The notes beneath the pieces were generated by a model. That model searched no databases. It saw nothing but the letters and a program-made list of their open reading frames with translations, and was not told the origin of the DNA. A DNA stretch of 64,000 nucleotides from assembly GCA_046300175.1 (NCBI GenBank), contig JBKCMS010000087.1, forward strand, positions 9,485-73,484. Direction: 5' to 3'. The translations under genes were made by a program, and so were the position numbers. Shown here one piece after another: positions 15,658-25,323 of this stretch. The stretch's first letter is position 1. Each line of letters opens with the position of its first letter. Source of the stretch: Pseudomonadota bacterium (GTDB taxonomy: Bacteria; Bdellovibrionota_C; UBA2361; OMII01).

Positions 15658-18435
15658 TTAAAAAGCCTCTTCCCCTAACGCTTCTAAAAGCTCATCCCTA
15701 GTCACCCTGTGGCGGACATCTTCACCAGGACTATCGTAGTCTCCTAGCACACGGGCCTGCCCCTGCTCTTTACGCCGAAGATTCCAGTGAATAATCTGAT
15801 CAACTTTACATCCAAGAAGAGAGATTACATTCACCGTCCCATGTTGACCGATTCGGTGTATCCGATCGACTGATTGCATCCAATGCTCAGCATTCCAGGT
15901 CTTATCGACATACACCGCCGTCTGAGCGGCTGTAAGAGTAATTCCTACTCCCCCTGCCGCTGGAACAGCCACAAGTATCTTTGGTGTATCGGACTCCTGA
16001 AACGCTCGTACTGTCTTTTCTCGGTCTGCCGCCGAAACCTCTCCACTAAACGGAGCGGCACCGTAGGCTCTATAGCGATCACATAACTCGGAGACATTAC
16101 CGAGATAGTTAGTCCAAACTACCATCTTTTGTCCCTGCTCGTGCACTATCTCCTGAACGATCTCATCGAGCTCAAGAAATTTAGCGGGCTCCCCTTTCCA
16201 TTGGGGATCGATTAACCGCGGATTGGATGACACCTGCACGGCTCGCAGATACTCCTCAAGTATATTGGTGATCTCTCTGACAAACTGTTCGCCAGAAAGT
16301 GATCGCATCCGCAGCATCAAGCCCTCGCGTATCTCATTGTAACGTTCAGCCTGGGAGCCTGTGAGCTCTACCTCTCTTATAGAAAAGGTCTTAGGAGGAA
16401 GATTAACTACCTTCTCTTTTCTTCGCCTCAACATCACCTCATGTGCTCTGTGAATGCTCTCAGCTATCTCCGAGTCGTGGAATTTCTTTACTGCATATTG
16501 ACTATATTCGGTTCCCAGCTCCGCAACGCGACCGAGCCACTTGTAAAAGCTTCTTCCGAATCTCTCACCGCCGTCGAGAATACGCATTTGTGCCCAGAGA
16601 TCTGATACATCCTTAGGCGTGGGAGTACCACTCAATAGTACTCGGCGATCGCAACACGGGGCGATTTGGCTAATAGACTTAAATGTCTTTGCCGAAGGAT
16701 TCTTTATTCTTTGTGATTCATCTAGGCATAGAAGAGTTCTTCGAGCGGTAACCAGTTGCTCTAGCTCTGGAGTCACGTACTCAAGCCTTACACCCTCGTA
16801 GTTGACAATCAGTAACTCAGCGGCAACGGCACCCTCTTTAAGCATCCTAAGCGTCCACGCCTTTTCCGCCTTCTCGCCTGAAAGCACGGTCACCTTTAGA
16901 TCAGGAAACCACATCCTAGCCTCTCTGGCCCAGTTCCTAGCAAGAGAGTTAGGACAAACGACAAGCAGGAGCGAGAACTCCATCGTTTTCCGCAGGCTTG
17001 AGTAGTATGAGAGTACCGATAAGGTCTTACCGAGGCCCATGTCATCGCCCAGGAACGCATACGGAACCTCTTGCAACCATTGCACTGCCACTCGTTGATG
17101 GGGAAAAAGTCGGCTTGCTGACTCCTCAGAGAGGCCTGGCAGCATCCCTGGAGCAACATCCTCAAGCGCCCCATAGTACACCGAACGTTCAAGTAACTTG
17201 GCGCGTGCACGCACATCATCTGCAAGTTTCTCAAACGATTCACTCCTTGTTATCTTAGGAAGTCCATGCAGCTCGCAGAGGTGATCGAGTTCACTAAGCG
17301 CCATGACCAATTTAGAGTCAGGGACCTCAAGCTGCAGTGCTCGTCCCTGATTGCAATACTTCGCGCCTACCACCTCTGCCAAACGGTCCACTATAAGCGA
17401 TCGGACCTCACTATCCTCTGAAAGTCCAACCCCCAACACCGCTCTGCCACTCTCTGCGATCTTCCACAAAAGCGGCGCCGAAACTAGCTCTGCGGCTAGA
17501 TCATCAACCACGCCGCCGGACTGACCCATCTCCAAAGCGAGCTGCTCCCGTTTTTCGTCGATAAAGGCATGAACGTCCGCTGTCAACCACACGGAGAAAG
17601 GTAGGCTTGCAGCCCGTCCAACAAATTGCAGAATCCCACGTTCATCCAGTGTAAACACCTTGCCTACCTGTCTGCGAGCGCCGGGAAAGGCTACCTTAAA
17701 TTGTTCCGAAGTAAAGTAACAGGGGCGAAAGGTTGGTGTTCCCTCGTGAGTTTTCGTGATGAAGGGCGTAAGTAGTGCTGCTGAGAGGTCGTCGGCACTC
17801 CACGATTCGGGCTTCTCTGTTATAGCCCGCCTCTGCGCACTTGAGCCGCTAAGAGCAGCGCCTGCGGCAGTATCAACTGCAAATAGGACCTGTCTATCAC
17901 GGAGCTTTTTAAGCAAATCAGGTAGCCGTTCAACAGGGATGACGTAAGCTGCATCGAGCGACGAATAAAGAGCACCTGATATACGTCTAAGAATCTTATG
18001 TCCAGTTGAACCTATCCGAGTAATGCAGCAGATGCGACGCTTTTCTGGATGAAACCTAACAAGAAGCTCGACAGCTATGGCTGCTATTACCTCTTCGCGT
18101 ACTGCAAATGGGTTAGACCTTATCTCTGCATGAGCATCAATCGGCGACAATGGAGTGATAGCGTTCGGTCCAAGCCCATTGAGTCGTTGCGGTATGGGCA
18201 GTTCACGCATCTGCGTGACCCTATCGATTGCCTCAAGTGGGACTGTCCAACTCTTATCATCGGGCGAGTAGCGTGCTCCAGGAAGCGCTTTGACAGCCTT
18301 GACGCGCTCTGGTGTGTACTCAAAGTCAAGCCGAACTAAATCTCCCTCACGCATGAAAGACACAACCGGCCCGTTATTTCTTCGCCATGGTTGACCCTTA
18401 CCAGGTGACCTAAATGGCGGGCGTTTCTTGGACAT
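15658..18435 (-). CDS. SNF2-family DNA-dependent ATPase with HARP-like N-terminal repeats
   Basis: LGDDMGLGKT, DESQRIKN, LLSGTP and QSVDRIHRIGQ. The N-terminus LVRLDFEYTPERVKAVKALPGARYSPDDKSWTVPLE resembles HARP/annealing-helicase repeats. Confidence 0.85.
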   Translation of the reverse strand: MSKKRPPFRSPGKGQPWRRNNGPVVSFMREGDLVRLDFEYTPERVKAVKALPGARYSPDDKSWTVPLEAIDRVTQMRELPIPQRLNGLGPNAITPLSPIDAHAEIRSNPFAVREEVIAAIAVELLVRFHPEKRRICCITRIGSTGHKILRRISGALYSSLDAAYVIPVERLPDLLKKLRDRQVLFAVDTAAGAALSGSSAQRRAITEKPESWSADDLSAALLTPFITKTHEGTPTFRPCYFTSEQFKVAFPGARRQVGKVFTLDERGILQFVGRAASLPFSVWLTADVHAFIDEKREQLALEMGQSGGVVDDLAAELVSAPLLWKIAESGRAVLGVGLSEDSEVRSLIVDRLAEVVGAKYCNQGRALQLEVPDSKLVMALSELDHLCELHGLPKITRSESFEKLADDVRARAKLLERSVYYGALEDVAPGMLPGLSEESASRLFPHQRVAVQWLQEVPYAFLGDDMGLGKTLSVLSYYSSLRKTMEFSLLLVVCPNSLARNWAREARMWFPDLKVTVLSGEKAEKAWTLRMLKEGAVAAELLIVNYEGVRLEYVTPELEQLVTARRTLLCLDESQRIKNPSAKTFKSISQIAPCCDRRVLLSGTPTPKDVSDLWAQMRILDGGERFGRSFYKWLGRVAELGTEYSQYAVKKFHDSEIAESIHRAHEVMLRRRKEKVVNLPPKTFSIREVELTGSQAERYNEIREGLMLRMRSLSGEQFVREITNILEEYLRAVQVSSNPRLIDPQWKGEPAKFLELDEIVQEIVHEQGQKMVVWTNYLGNVSELCDRYRAYGAAPFSGEVSAADREKTVRAFQESDTPKILVAVPAAGGVGITLTAAQTAVYVDKTWNAEHWMQSVDRIHRIGQHGTVNVISLLGCKVDQIIHWNLRRKEQGQARVLGDYDSPGEDVRHRVTRDELLEALGEEAF

Positions 18436-18726
18436 ATAGCAGGTATAGCATAATTATAGTGTTACGACACTGACGGTGCGTCATCGTCTCAGGGCGCCGC
18501 AAGTCTCCCGGCACGTATTATCTTTTACTGGCTCCGCTAAAACTAACCAGCCTGTCTTCATACACCATATCGAAAATACTGTTTATTTGTTGCGCGTAGG
18601 GCATAAACGGCCCCACCTAAAAAGAAGCCGCACGGCCGTTGTAACAATCTTGCTTTACTAATCCGTTTTACTACACGATTAACGATCACTTGAACAAAGC
18701 CCTGCTCCAAGGATATACCTAGCTTC

Positions 18727-19821
18727 ATGACGTCACTCTCAATCAGCCGGGTAACTAAGAATTTTGGTGCTACACGTGTCCTATCAGAAGTGTCGCTAGA
18801 TGTCGCGACAGGTGAATTCTTTTCTCTTTTGGGACCCTCAGGATGTGGTAAATCGACCCTACTCAGGATCATAGCTGGCCTCGAAAACGCCGACTCCGGC
18901 TCTATTCGGATCGACGGCAAATCGGTTGACAACGTGCAGCCCCAAAAGCGTGGAATCGGCATGGTATTTCAACAATACGCGCTCTGGCCACACATGACGA
19001 TTGCTCAAAACGTCCGATTCGGGTTAGAGACGCAACCGCTAAGCAACCATGAACGCGACCAACGTATGCTGCGCTCTCTGGATCGAGTTCAGATGACGGA
19101 GTACAAGGATCGCTACCCTCATCAGGTATCTGGTGGTCAACAACAACGGGTTGCGCTGGCCCGGGCTCTGGCGATGCAGCCCTCGGTGATTCTTCTCGAT
19201 GAACCCCTATCAAACCTCGATGCCCGGCTTCGAGCTGAAATACGCCTTGAATTGGCCGAACTTCATCGCAATCTTGGAACCACGATGATCTACGTTACAC
19301 ATGACCAGGAGGATGCTCTAAGCCTCTCCTCACGCCTGGCTATTATGAACCAGGGCACTATTGAGCAGGTTGGCACGCCGCAGCAGGTATACAGGGACCC
19401 GCTGTCAGCTTTTTGCGCTCGATTTATTGGAGATGCCAACCTCATCCCCTGCAAAGTGATTAGCCGCAGGTCAGAGACCTCGGCAGAAGTGCTACTCCAG
19501 GGTGTCACAGACGAGGTGTTTCAAGCGCGACTGAGTCCATCTTCAGATGCGCTATCTGAGACCGGGTTCCTCTGTATTCGCCCGGGGGCGCTATCGGTAG
19601 GGCCGGTTGCTACCCATCAAACTCCAGCTGTAAATGCCTTGGGGGCCCAAGTAGTTAGATCAAGCTACAAAGGCTCAGAGTACGACATAGAGATCGCTAC
19701 AACTGGTGGATTGCGCCTTCGTGGCACTCTAAGAGTGGACCAGGATCAAGACACTCTAAATACAGGAGCTCGGGTACTGGTGTCGTGGCGGGTAGCTGAT
19801 GGCTTGGTCATTACTGACTGA
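18727..19821 (+). CDS. ABC importer ATP-binding protein (FbpC/PotA-like)
   Basis: GPSGCGKST, VSGGQQQRVALARAL, ILLDEPLSNLD and a C-terminal TOBE-like region. Confidence 0.85.
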   Translation: MTSLSISRVTKNFGATRVLSEVSLDVATGEFFSLLGPSGCGKSTLLRIIAGLENADSGSIRIDGKSVDNVQPQKRGIGMVFQQYALWPHMTIAQNVRFGLETQPLSNHERDQRMLRSLDRVQMTEYKDRYPHQVSGGQQQRVALARALAMQPSVILLDEPLSNLDARLRAEIRLELAELHRNLGTTMIYVTHDQEDALSLSSRLAIMNQGTIEQVGTPQQVYRDPLSAFCARFIGDANLIPCKVISRRSETSAEVLLQGVTDEVFQARLSPSSDALSETGFLCIRPGALSVGPVATHQTPAVNALGAQVVRSSYKGSEYDIEIATTGGLRLRGTLRVDQDQDTLNTGARVLVSWRVADGLVITD

Positions 19822-20167
19822 TGATGCATGGGTGGATAATAATTAAAGAGTGATCTGAGGATGTAGTTAAAACATCACAGTGGAGCCTGTTATAACTACC
19901 CACGAACTGCGTCGAGGACCCTCTTTAAATTTGTCATATGCTTGGGCCGGAGGTGGTGTTTTGACTGAAGCAAAGCCAGCTAGCTTTTCGAATTTATTGC
20001 ATAAAAAGCGAATCCACTACCATTCCGAGGACAAACAGCAAATAGCCACGCTCTAGCGCCCCTGGCATAGCTCAACACTCAGCTATTTTTGCCGCCCAGA
20101 CGATAGAAAATTTGGTTGCCTGCCGCTGCGTGATACACTCTGGAGGTGTCTGCTGTGCTAAGCTCTG

Positions 20168-21334
20168 ATGGGTTATATGCATTACCAAATAAGAAAATCG
20201 CAACCAAATACGACAACACCACCACTTTCTGCCGTCCTAGCTTGCAAACCGGAACAGATTAACTGCAACGCCAGCGATGAGCCTATTAGTGACATATGGG
20301 AAAGAGCGCTGCCTCTTCTTGCTCCCTACCACGATTTTTTTAAACAATCGGTAAGGTCAATAGAAGAGATACTACCCGGCGCTTCGAGTCGCCAGATATT
20401 CCGGCTGACCTCGGAAAGTTCTAGTGCAATAGGGATAATAAACCCAAACAGGACCGAAAACGATGCCTTTGTAAAATTCGCCAAGTTTTTCAGATCCATT
20501 AAGCTCGGAGTTCCAGAGATATATCAGTACCTCCCGAACGATCATCTATACATTGAAGCGGATCTAGGGAATGTGACACTTGCCAACTATCTAGCACAAC
20601 AGCGCGAAATTACCGGTGATCCCTTTCCCCTCGCGGCCGAGACCATGTACAAGCGTTCGTTGGAACAACTAGTCAGATTTCAGTCAGCTTCACTCTACGG
20701 GCTTGACGACTCTTACTTTAGTCCTTCTGAACCGAATCTTCTCCCTCAGGTACTAATCCATGAATTGAAACTTTTTAAAGACGCTCTAGTCACTCGGCTT
20801 TTGCGGAGTTTTGATTCCTCTCAGCTAGTCGGGGAATTCAATAATTTGATCTCTATTCTACAAAAAGCCAGATCAGACTTCTTTGTCCACCGTGATTTTC
20901 AGGCGCGAAATATTATGGTCAAAGATGAAGATGTTTACTTGATTGACTTTCAGGATGGCTGCCGCGGCCCCCTGCAGTACGATGTGGTATCCCTGCTTTA
21001 TCAAGCTCGTACTCGTATACCATCTGACGCGCGCGAGAGGCTCATTTCTCATTACTGCGATGAGCTTTCCAAAGGAGAAGTTGCAGATTCTGATGATTTT
21101 AGACGGCACCTATCGGCTTTTGTGATAGCCCGAATGATACAGGTTCTTGGGGTCTACGGAAATCTAGGACTTGGTAAGGGTAAGCAGATGTTCATAGTCA
21201 GTATCCCGACTGCACTATCAACGCTGAAGATCGAGTTGTCTTCTAACCCATCTATCCACCTTCCGACTCTAAGAGATTGTGTGGATCAGCTAATTGAGAT
21301 CACAAGCCCAAAATCTACAACCTTCGACGCCTGA
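20168..21334 (+). CDS. Phosphotransferase-family kinase, AmgK-like (MurNAc/GlcNAc anomeric kinase family)
   Basis: PGASSRQIFRL, HRDFQARNIMV and YLIDFQD. Confidence 0.6.
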   Translation: MGYMHYQIRKSQPNTTTPPLSAVLACKPEQINCNASDEPISDIWERALPLLAPYHDFFKQSVRSIEEILPGASSRQIFRLTSESSSAIGIINPNRTENDAFVKFAKFFRSIKLGVPEIYQYLPNDHLYIEADLGNVTLANYLAQQREITGDPFPLAAETMYKRSLEQLVRFQSASLYGLDDSYFSPSEPNLLPQVLIHELKLFKDALVTRLLRSFDSSQLVGEFNNLISILQKARSDFFVHRDFQARNIMVKDEDVYLIDFQDGCRGPLQYDVVSLLYQARTRIPSDARERLISHYCDELSKGEVADSDDFRRHLSAFVIARMIQVLGVYGNLGLGKGKQMFIVSIPTALSTLKIELSSNPSIHLPTLRDCVDQLIEITSPKSTTFDA

Positions 21335-21405
21335 ATGGATTAAGCATCTGTTAAATATGCAGCCGGCGATAAGCTCAGCCTTCTTCTGGATAAAGCTACA
21401 CGTAC

Positions 21406-21945
21406 CTACGAGCCTTTGGCAAAACCTCCACCGATTCCGACAGCAGGAGGTGCCTCTCTACTTTTGTGAGCTACAATGAAAATACTTGACTGGCTGTATG
21501 TCTGGTTGAGGCCACCGCGAGGGTTGCTGATTCGTATCTGTTTTGGGTATATCCGATAAGCTGAGCGTTTGAGAGACCGATCCGCAATTCGGGGATCAAT
21601 CAAGCGCACCCGATAACTGCCGGGTTTTACCCTTTTAGTGAAAACGCCTTCTTCGTTTAGCTCAACCGTTACTCGCTGACTCCTCTGACCTCTAGCGGTG
21701 CTGCGGCTACGCAAATGCAGCTGGCCGGCAATAGGGACTATTGATGAGGAACATACTCCTGACCAAGTGACCGGTGCCAACTGACAGCTGTCGGTAGCAA
21801 GAACAAAACCTTGTACAATAGGCGAGGCCTGTCTGCCGATATCGGCGTTAGCAGGGCAGCTACCACCCAATGTTACCGCAGCGGTAACTGCAAAGGTACT
21901 GGCATGCAGGACTACAACAGAGTATGAACGTAGATTAGCTCTCAC
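21406..21945 (-). CDS. Hypothetical secreted protein
   Basis: The ORF track gives 21406..22050. A GTG at 21945 gives a signal-peptide-like N-terminus (RANLRSYSVVVLHASTFAVTAAVTLGGSCPANA) and avoids overlapping the divergent permease start. Start uncertain. Confidence 0.35.
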   Translation of the reverse strand: MRANLRSYSVVVLHASTFAVTAAVTLGGSCPANADIGRQASPIVQGFVLATDSCQLAPVTWSGVCSSSIVPIAGQLHLRSRSTARGQRSQRVTVELNEEGVFTKRVKPGSYRVRLIDPRIADRSLKRSAYRIYPKQIRISNPRGGLNQTYSQSSIFIVAHKSREAPPAVGIGGGFAKGS

Positions 21946-22042
21946 GACAGTGTTACGTACCACACAGTAAGGTATTATTGTAGCGCTACCTTGCAGGTGC
22001 AAACGCAATATCTGATAGTTATCATCCCCTTGAGCGCGCTTT

Positions 22043-25000
22043 ATGGCCAAACACCGTCTCTCTATGTCTCTTATTTTCGCTTTCTTTGCGCTATTTATGC
22101 TCTATCCATTAGGGCACGTGCTAATCAAAGCTTTTTTTGTGGATGATTCCATATCGCTTCATTTCTTCGCGGTTATGTTCGGTACTGAGCTGTACCAGAC
22201 GGTTCTCTATAACTCGCTTAATATCGCTCTGACTGTTACCACTGTCTCATCACTGATAGCCTATCCGCTCGCTCTTCTGCTTGGGCGCTATAGCCTGCCA
22301 TGCCAAACTGCCCTTCATGCATTGCTGCTGGCCCCTCTCGTTGTACCACCATTTGTTGGGGTACTGGGTGTAAGGCAGCTATTCAGTCGGTTTGGGAGTG
22401 TAAATGTATTTCTTCTTGATAACGGGCTGATTAGCACTCCGATTCAATGGCTAGGCGGCGGGAACGTAATCGGGATCATCGCTCTACAAGTAATTCATTT
22501 AGTTCCGGTAGTCTACCTCACAATCCGAGCTTCCCTTGAAAACACTCATGTCTCTCTCGAAGAGGCTGCTGTGATGAATGGGGCGTCGCGCTGGTATGTG
22601 CTACGACGAATTACTGTGCCCCTCTCTATTCCCGGTTGGTTTGCAGGGGCCACATTGGTTTTCATTGCCAGCTTCACCGACTTAGGTACCCCTCTTATCT
22701 TCGAATATCGCCAGGTGATCTCAGTGCAGATATACAACATGCTCTCTGATGTACAGGAGAATCCCGTTGGGTATTCCTTCGTTGTTTCCACTTGCGTCCT
22801 ATCTATTATTCTCTTTCTTTTATCTCAAGCATCTGTTTTTAGTGGCAGCTTTGCGGGCTCAGGTAGGTCACGCGAGGGGCGCGTCAGCCGTGAAATTCAA
22901 GCGCCTTGGCGTAGCATTACCTGTATCTCTGTGGCGTTGTACGGTGCACTAGCCTGCGTGCCTCAAGTTGCTGTACTTTTAGTCGCCGTATCACAGGAGT
23001 GGTTCATGTCGGTCCTACCTCAAAAATGGACGGCCACTCACTTTCAAGAGGTACTCAGTCATAAACTCACTTTGCGCAGTCTAACGATCAGCATCTGCCT
23101 GAGTCTCGCTGCCAGCATGCTGACGATCATCGTAGGATTCATGACAGCTTACTTTGTTTGCAGAGGAAGAAGTCGGGTACGACACATATTTGAGGCGATC
23201 TCTTTAATCCCACTCGCCGTACCTGGTATCGTATTTGCATTCGGATTTATCGGAGCTTTTTCCGGTACTATTCTAGATAATCGCATTAATCCATTCCCTC
23301 TGCTTATTATCGCTTACACTATTCGTCGACTTCCGGCGATGGTTCGCTCAATCACAGCTGGACTCCAAGAGGCCAATAAAGCGCTGGAAGAAGCGGCTCT
23401 AATGGTTGGAGCAAGTCCACTTACGGTTACTCGTCTAATTACCTTCCCATTGATTAAGCGCCACATCATAGTCGGTGCGATGCTGACGTTCGCATATTCG
23501 ATGATTGAGGTGAGTGATAGTTTGCTATTGGCACTAGAAAATAAATTCTATCCAGTTTCAAAGGCAATTTATGCACTAATGGGACGACCAGACGGCCTCG
23601 AAGTAGCCTCTGCTCTAGGGGTTATAGTAATGATTTTAATGCTCGCCACATTCTACCTGTCTGAGAGAATAGGGCGTGGCTCGTCGCTCGGTAACACACT
23701 AAGGGCATTACTTTGTGCCGTCTGCTTATCAGCCTCAACAGCTCACGCCGAAACCGATGAAATAGTAGTTCTAACGCCACACTGGGAAGGGATACGCTTT
23801 GAATTTTCAAATGGATTTGCCAAATACTGGCGCGACAAGACCGGTCGAGATGTAGTTTTCCGCTGGCTTGATGTCGGTGGCACCTCCGATATCGTTAAGT
23901 ACATCACTGGTCAGTTTAAGCAGACGCCTCATGGTATCGGCATTGATCTCTTTTTTGGTGGTGGCGCTGACTCATTTCTCGAATTAGAGAGCAAGGGTCT
24001 TCTTGCGCCGGCGGAGATTGCCTCCGGCATAATCGGACGTATACCTCAGAATATTTCTGGTGTGCCGCTATACTCACCTGACAATCTGTGGTTCGCTAAT
24101 GCGATCAGCGCATTCGGTTTATTGTACAACAAATCAGCAGTACAACGCCTTGGGCTACCTGAGCCGCGGAGATGGGTCGACCTCGCTAGCCCAGAGTACT
24201 TTGATCTAGTTGGCGCAGGAGATCCTCGAAAAAGCGGGAGTATGCATGCCATGTTCGAGATTATTTTGCAGGGTTACGGATGGCAGGAGGGTTGGAAGAT
24301 CCTTCAGAGAATATCCAGGAACGTGCGAAATTTCTCCGGGACAGCAAGTCAGATTGGAAAAGAAGTTGCCACAGGTGAGATTATCTACGGCATCGCCATC
24401 GATACCTATGCTGGGGACATCATACGCCAGGTGGGCCACGAACGACTTGATTATCATATCCCAGATGATTTTGCGGCGATAAACGGTGACTGCATAGCCC
24501 TGCTAAAGGGAGCACCGCACACTCAAGCTGCCACTGCCTTTATCGAATTTATCCTCTCTGAACAGGGACAACTTTTGTGGTACGCGAAAAAGGGCTCTCC
24601 TGGTGGACCGATACGCTCGGAGCTAGGGAAGCTTTCGGTCATACCGGAGCTATACGGCAGAGTTGCGCCGGCAACAATATTCGATGGAAATCCATTCACG
24701 CTCCCTAATGTGCTTGCCTATGACTCAAAGAAAGCTGGTTCTAGGTGGACTCTTGTTAACGACCTCTTCGGGGCATTCATGATCGATGTGCACGAGCGGC
24801 TAGTGCGGGTCAAAGATCCCACCGTTCTCCCAGGCATTCCTGTCTCGGAAAGAGATGCGCAGCAGCTTATCGATAGAGGAGCTTGGGGTGAGGATCAGGC
24901 TCTCAGGAGCGATTACTTAAAGAGCTGGGCGACGATCGGGGCGCAGCAGCTTCCAGCGACTGCCACCGTATGGGAGCGCCTAAGGTGGGTTCCTGGTGGG

Positions 25001-25048
25001 GTGTTTGCCCTTCTTCTAAGCCTACTAATTGTAAAACGCCTCACATAG
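22043..25048 (+). CDS. Fusion protein: duplicated ABC permease (FbpB-like, two 6-TM modules), Fe3+-type periplasmic solute-binding domain and a C-terminal TM anchor
   Basis: Two BPD-transporter modules cover roughly aa 1-540. An internal signal-like helix, LRALLCAVCLSASTAHA, follows. The SBP-like domain runs IVVLTPHWEG...GDPRKSGS.... A terminal hydrophobic VFALLLSLLIV ends the protein. No stop or plausible start lies between the modules. Confidence 0.75.
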   Translation: MAKHRLSMSLIFAFFALFMLYPLGHVLIKAFFVDDSISLHFFAVMFGTELYQTVLYNSLNIALTVTTVSSLIAYPLALLLGRYSLPCQTALHALLLAPLVVPPFVGVLGVRQLFSRFGSVNVFLLDNGLISTPIQWLGGGNVIGIIALQVIHLVPVVYLTIRASLENTHVSLEEAAVMNGASRWYVLRRITVPLSIPGWFAGATLVFIASFTDLGTPLIFEYRQVISVQIYNMLSDVQENPVGYSFVVSTCVLSIILFLLSQASVFSGSFAGSGRSREGRVSREIQAPWRSITCISVALYGALACVPQVAVLLVAVSQEWFMSVLPQKWTATHFQEVLSHKLTLRSLTISICLSLAASMLTIIVGFMTAYFVCRGRSRVRHIFEAISLIPLAVPGIVFAFGFIGAFSGTILDNRINPFPLLIIAYTIRRLPAMVRSITAGLQEANKALEEAALMVGASPLTVTRLITFPLIKRHIIVGAMLTFAYSMIEVSDSLLLALENKFYPVSKAIYALMGRPDGLEVASALGVIVMILMLATFYLSERIGRGSSLGNTLRALLCAVCLSASTAHAETDEIVVLTPHWEGIRFEFSNGFAKYWRDKTGRDVVFRWLDVGGTSDIVKYITGQFKQTPHGIGIDLFFGGGADSFLELESKGLLAPAEIASGIIGRIPQNISGVPLYSPDNLWFANAISAFGLLYNKSAVQRLGLPEPRRWVDLASPEYFDLVGAGDPRKSGSMHAMFEIILQGYGWQEGWKILQRISRNVRNFSGTASQIGKEVATGEIIYGIAIDTYAGDIIRQVGHERLDYHIPDDFAAINGDCIALLKGAPHTQAATAFIEFILSEQGQLLWYAKKGSPGGPIRSELGKLSVIPELYGRVAPATIFDGNPFTLPNVLAYDSKKAGSRWTLVNDLFGAFMIDVHERLVRVKDPTVLPGIPVSERDAQQLIDRGAWGEDQALRSDYLKSWATIGAQQLPATATVWERLRWVPGGVFALLLSLLIVKRLT

Positions 25049-25059
25049 AACCAACATCG

Positions 25060-25124
25060 CCTCTCCTCTCTCCTCTCCTCTCTGGTGCCAGCCACCATTA
25101 TTGCCTAGCCTCTCTGGTGCCACC
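25060..25124 (+). repeat. Left flank repeats of the RayT gene: CT-run, then CTCTGGTGCCAGCCACC and CTCTGGTGCCACC
   Basis: 25080-25096 and 25112-25124. CTGGTGCCACC (25114-25124) is the exact reverse complement of 26491-26501. Confidence 0.8.
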
Positions 25125-25323
25125 GATCATTTTGCCGAGGCCCCATATTTAAATAGCTGCCAGACGTCTGAGCTGACTATTTAACTATAAAAGGCAGGCT
25201 AAGTTGGGCGGAACTATGCTGATATGGAGTGGATAAAGCCTCGATTATGGCCCTGATAAAGTACTATCCCGGCCATCAGACAGGTGGATTCCGCGGATGA
25301 GGAAATCCTTACAATCAGAAGCT

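Noticed and set aside
15658-18435. The two SNF2 ATPases (15658..18435 and 30485..33418) as cores of DISARM/BREX/Dpd-like defence loci
   Set aside because: None of the required partners (DUF1998, PLD nuclease, large methyltransferase, PglZ, dpd genes) is nearby. The second is embedded in an sdh-dus housekeeping run and has the common SWIM-SNF2 architecture.
23650-23760. Possibility that 22043..25048 is two genes (permease and binding protein) merged by the ORF finder
   Set aside because: There is no stop codon in frame. No ATG/GTG/TTG with an SD precedes the signal-like helix (codons ...GGT AAC ACA CTA AGG GCA TTA CTT TGT...). It was kept as a true fusion, subject to sequence-error checks.
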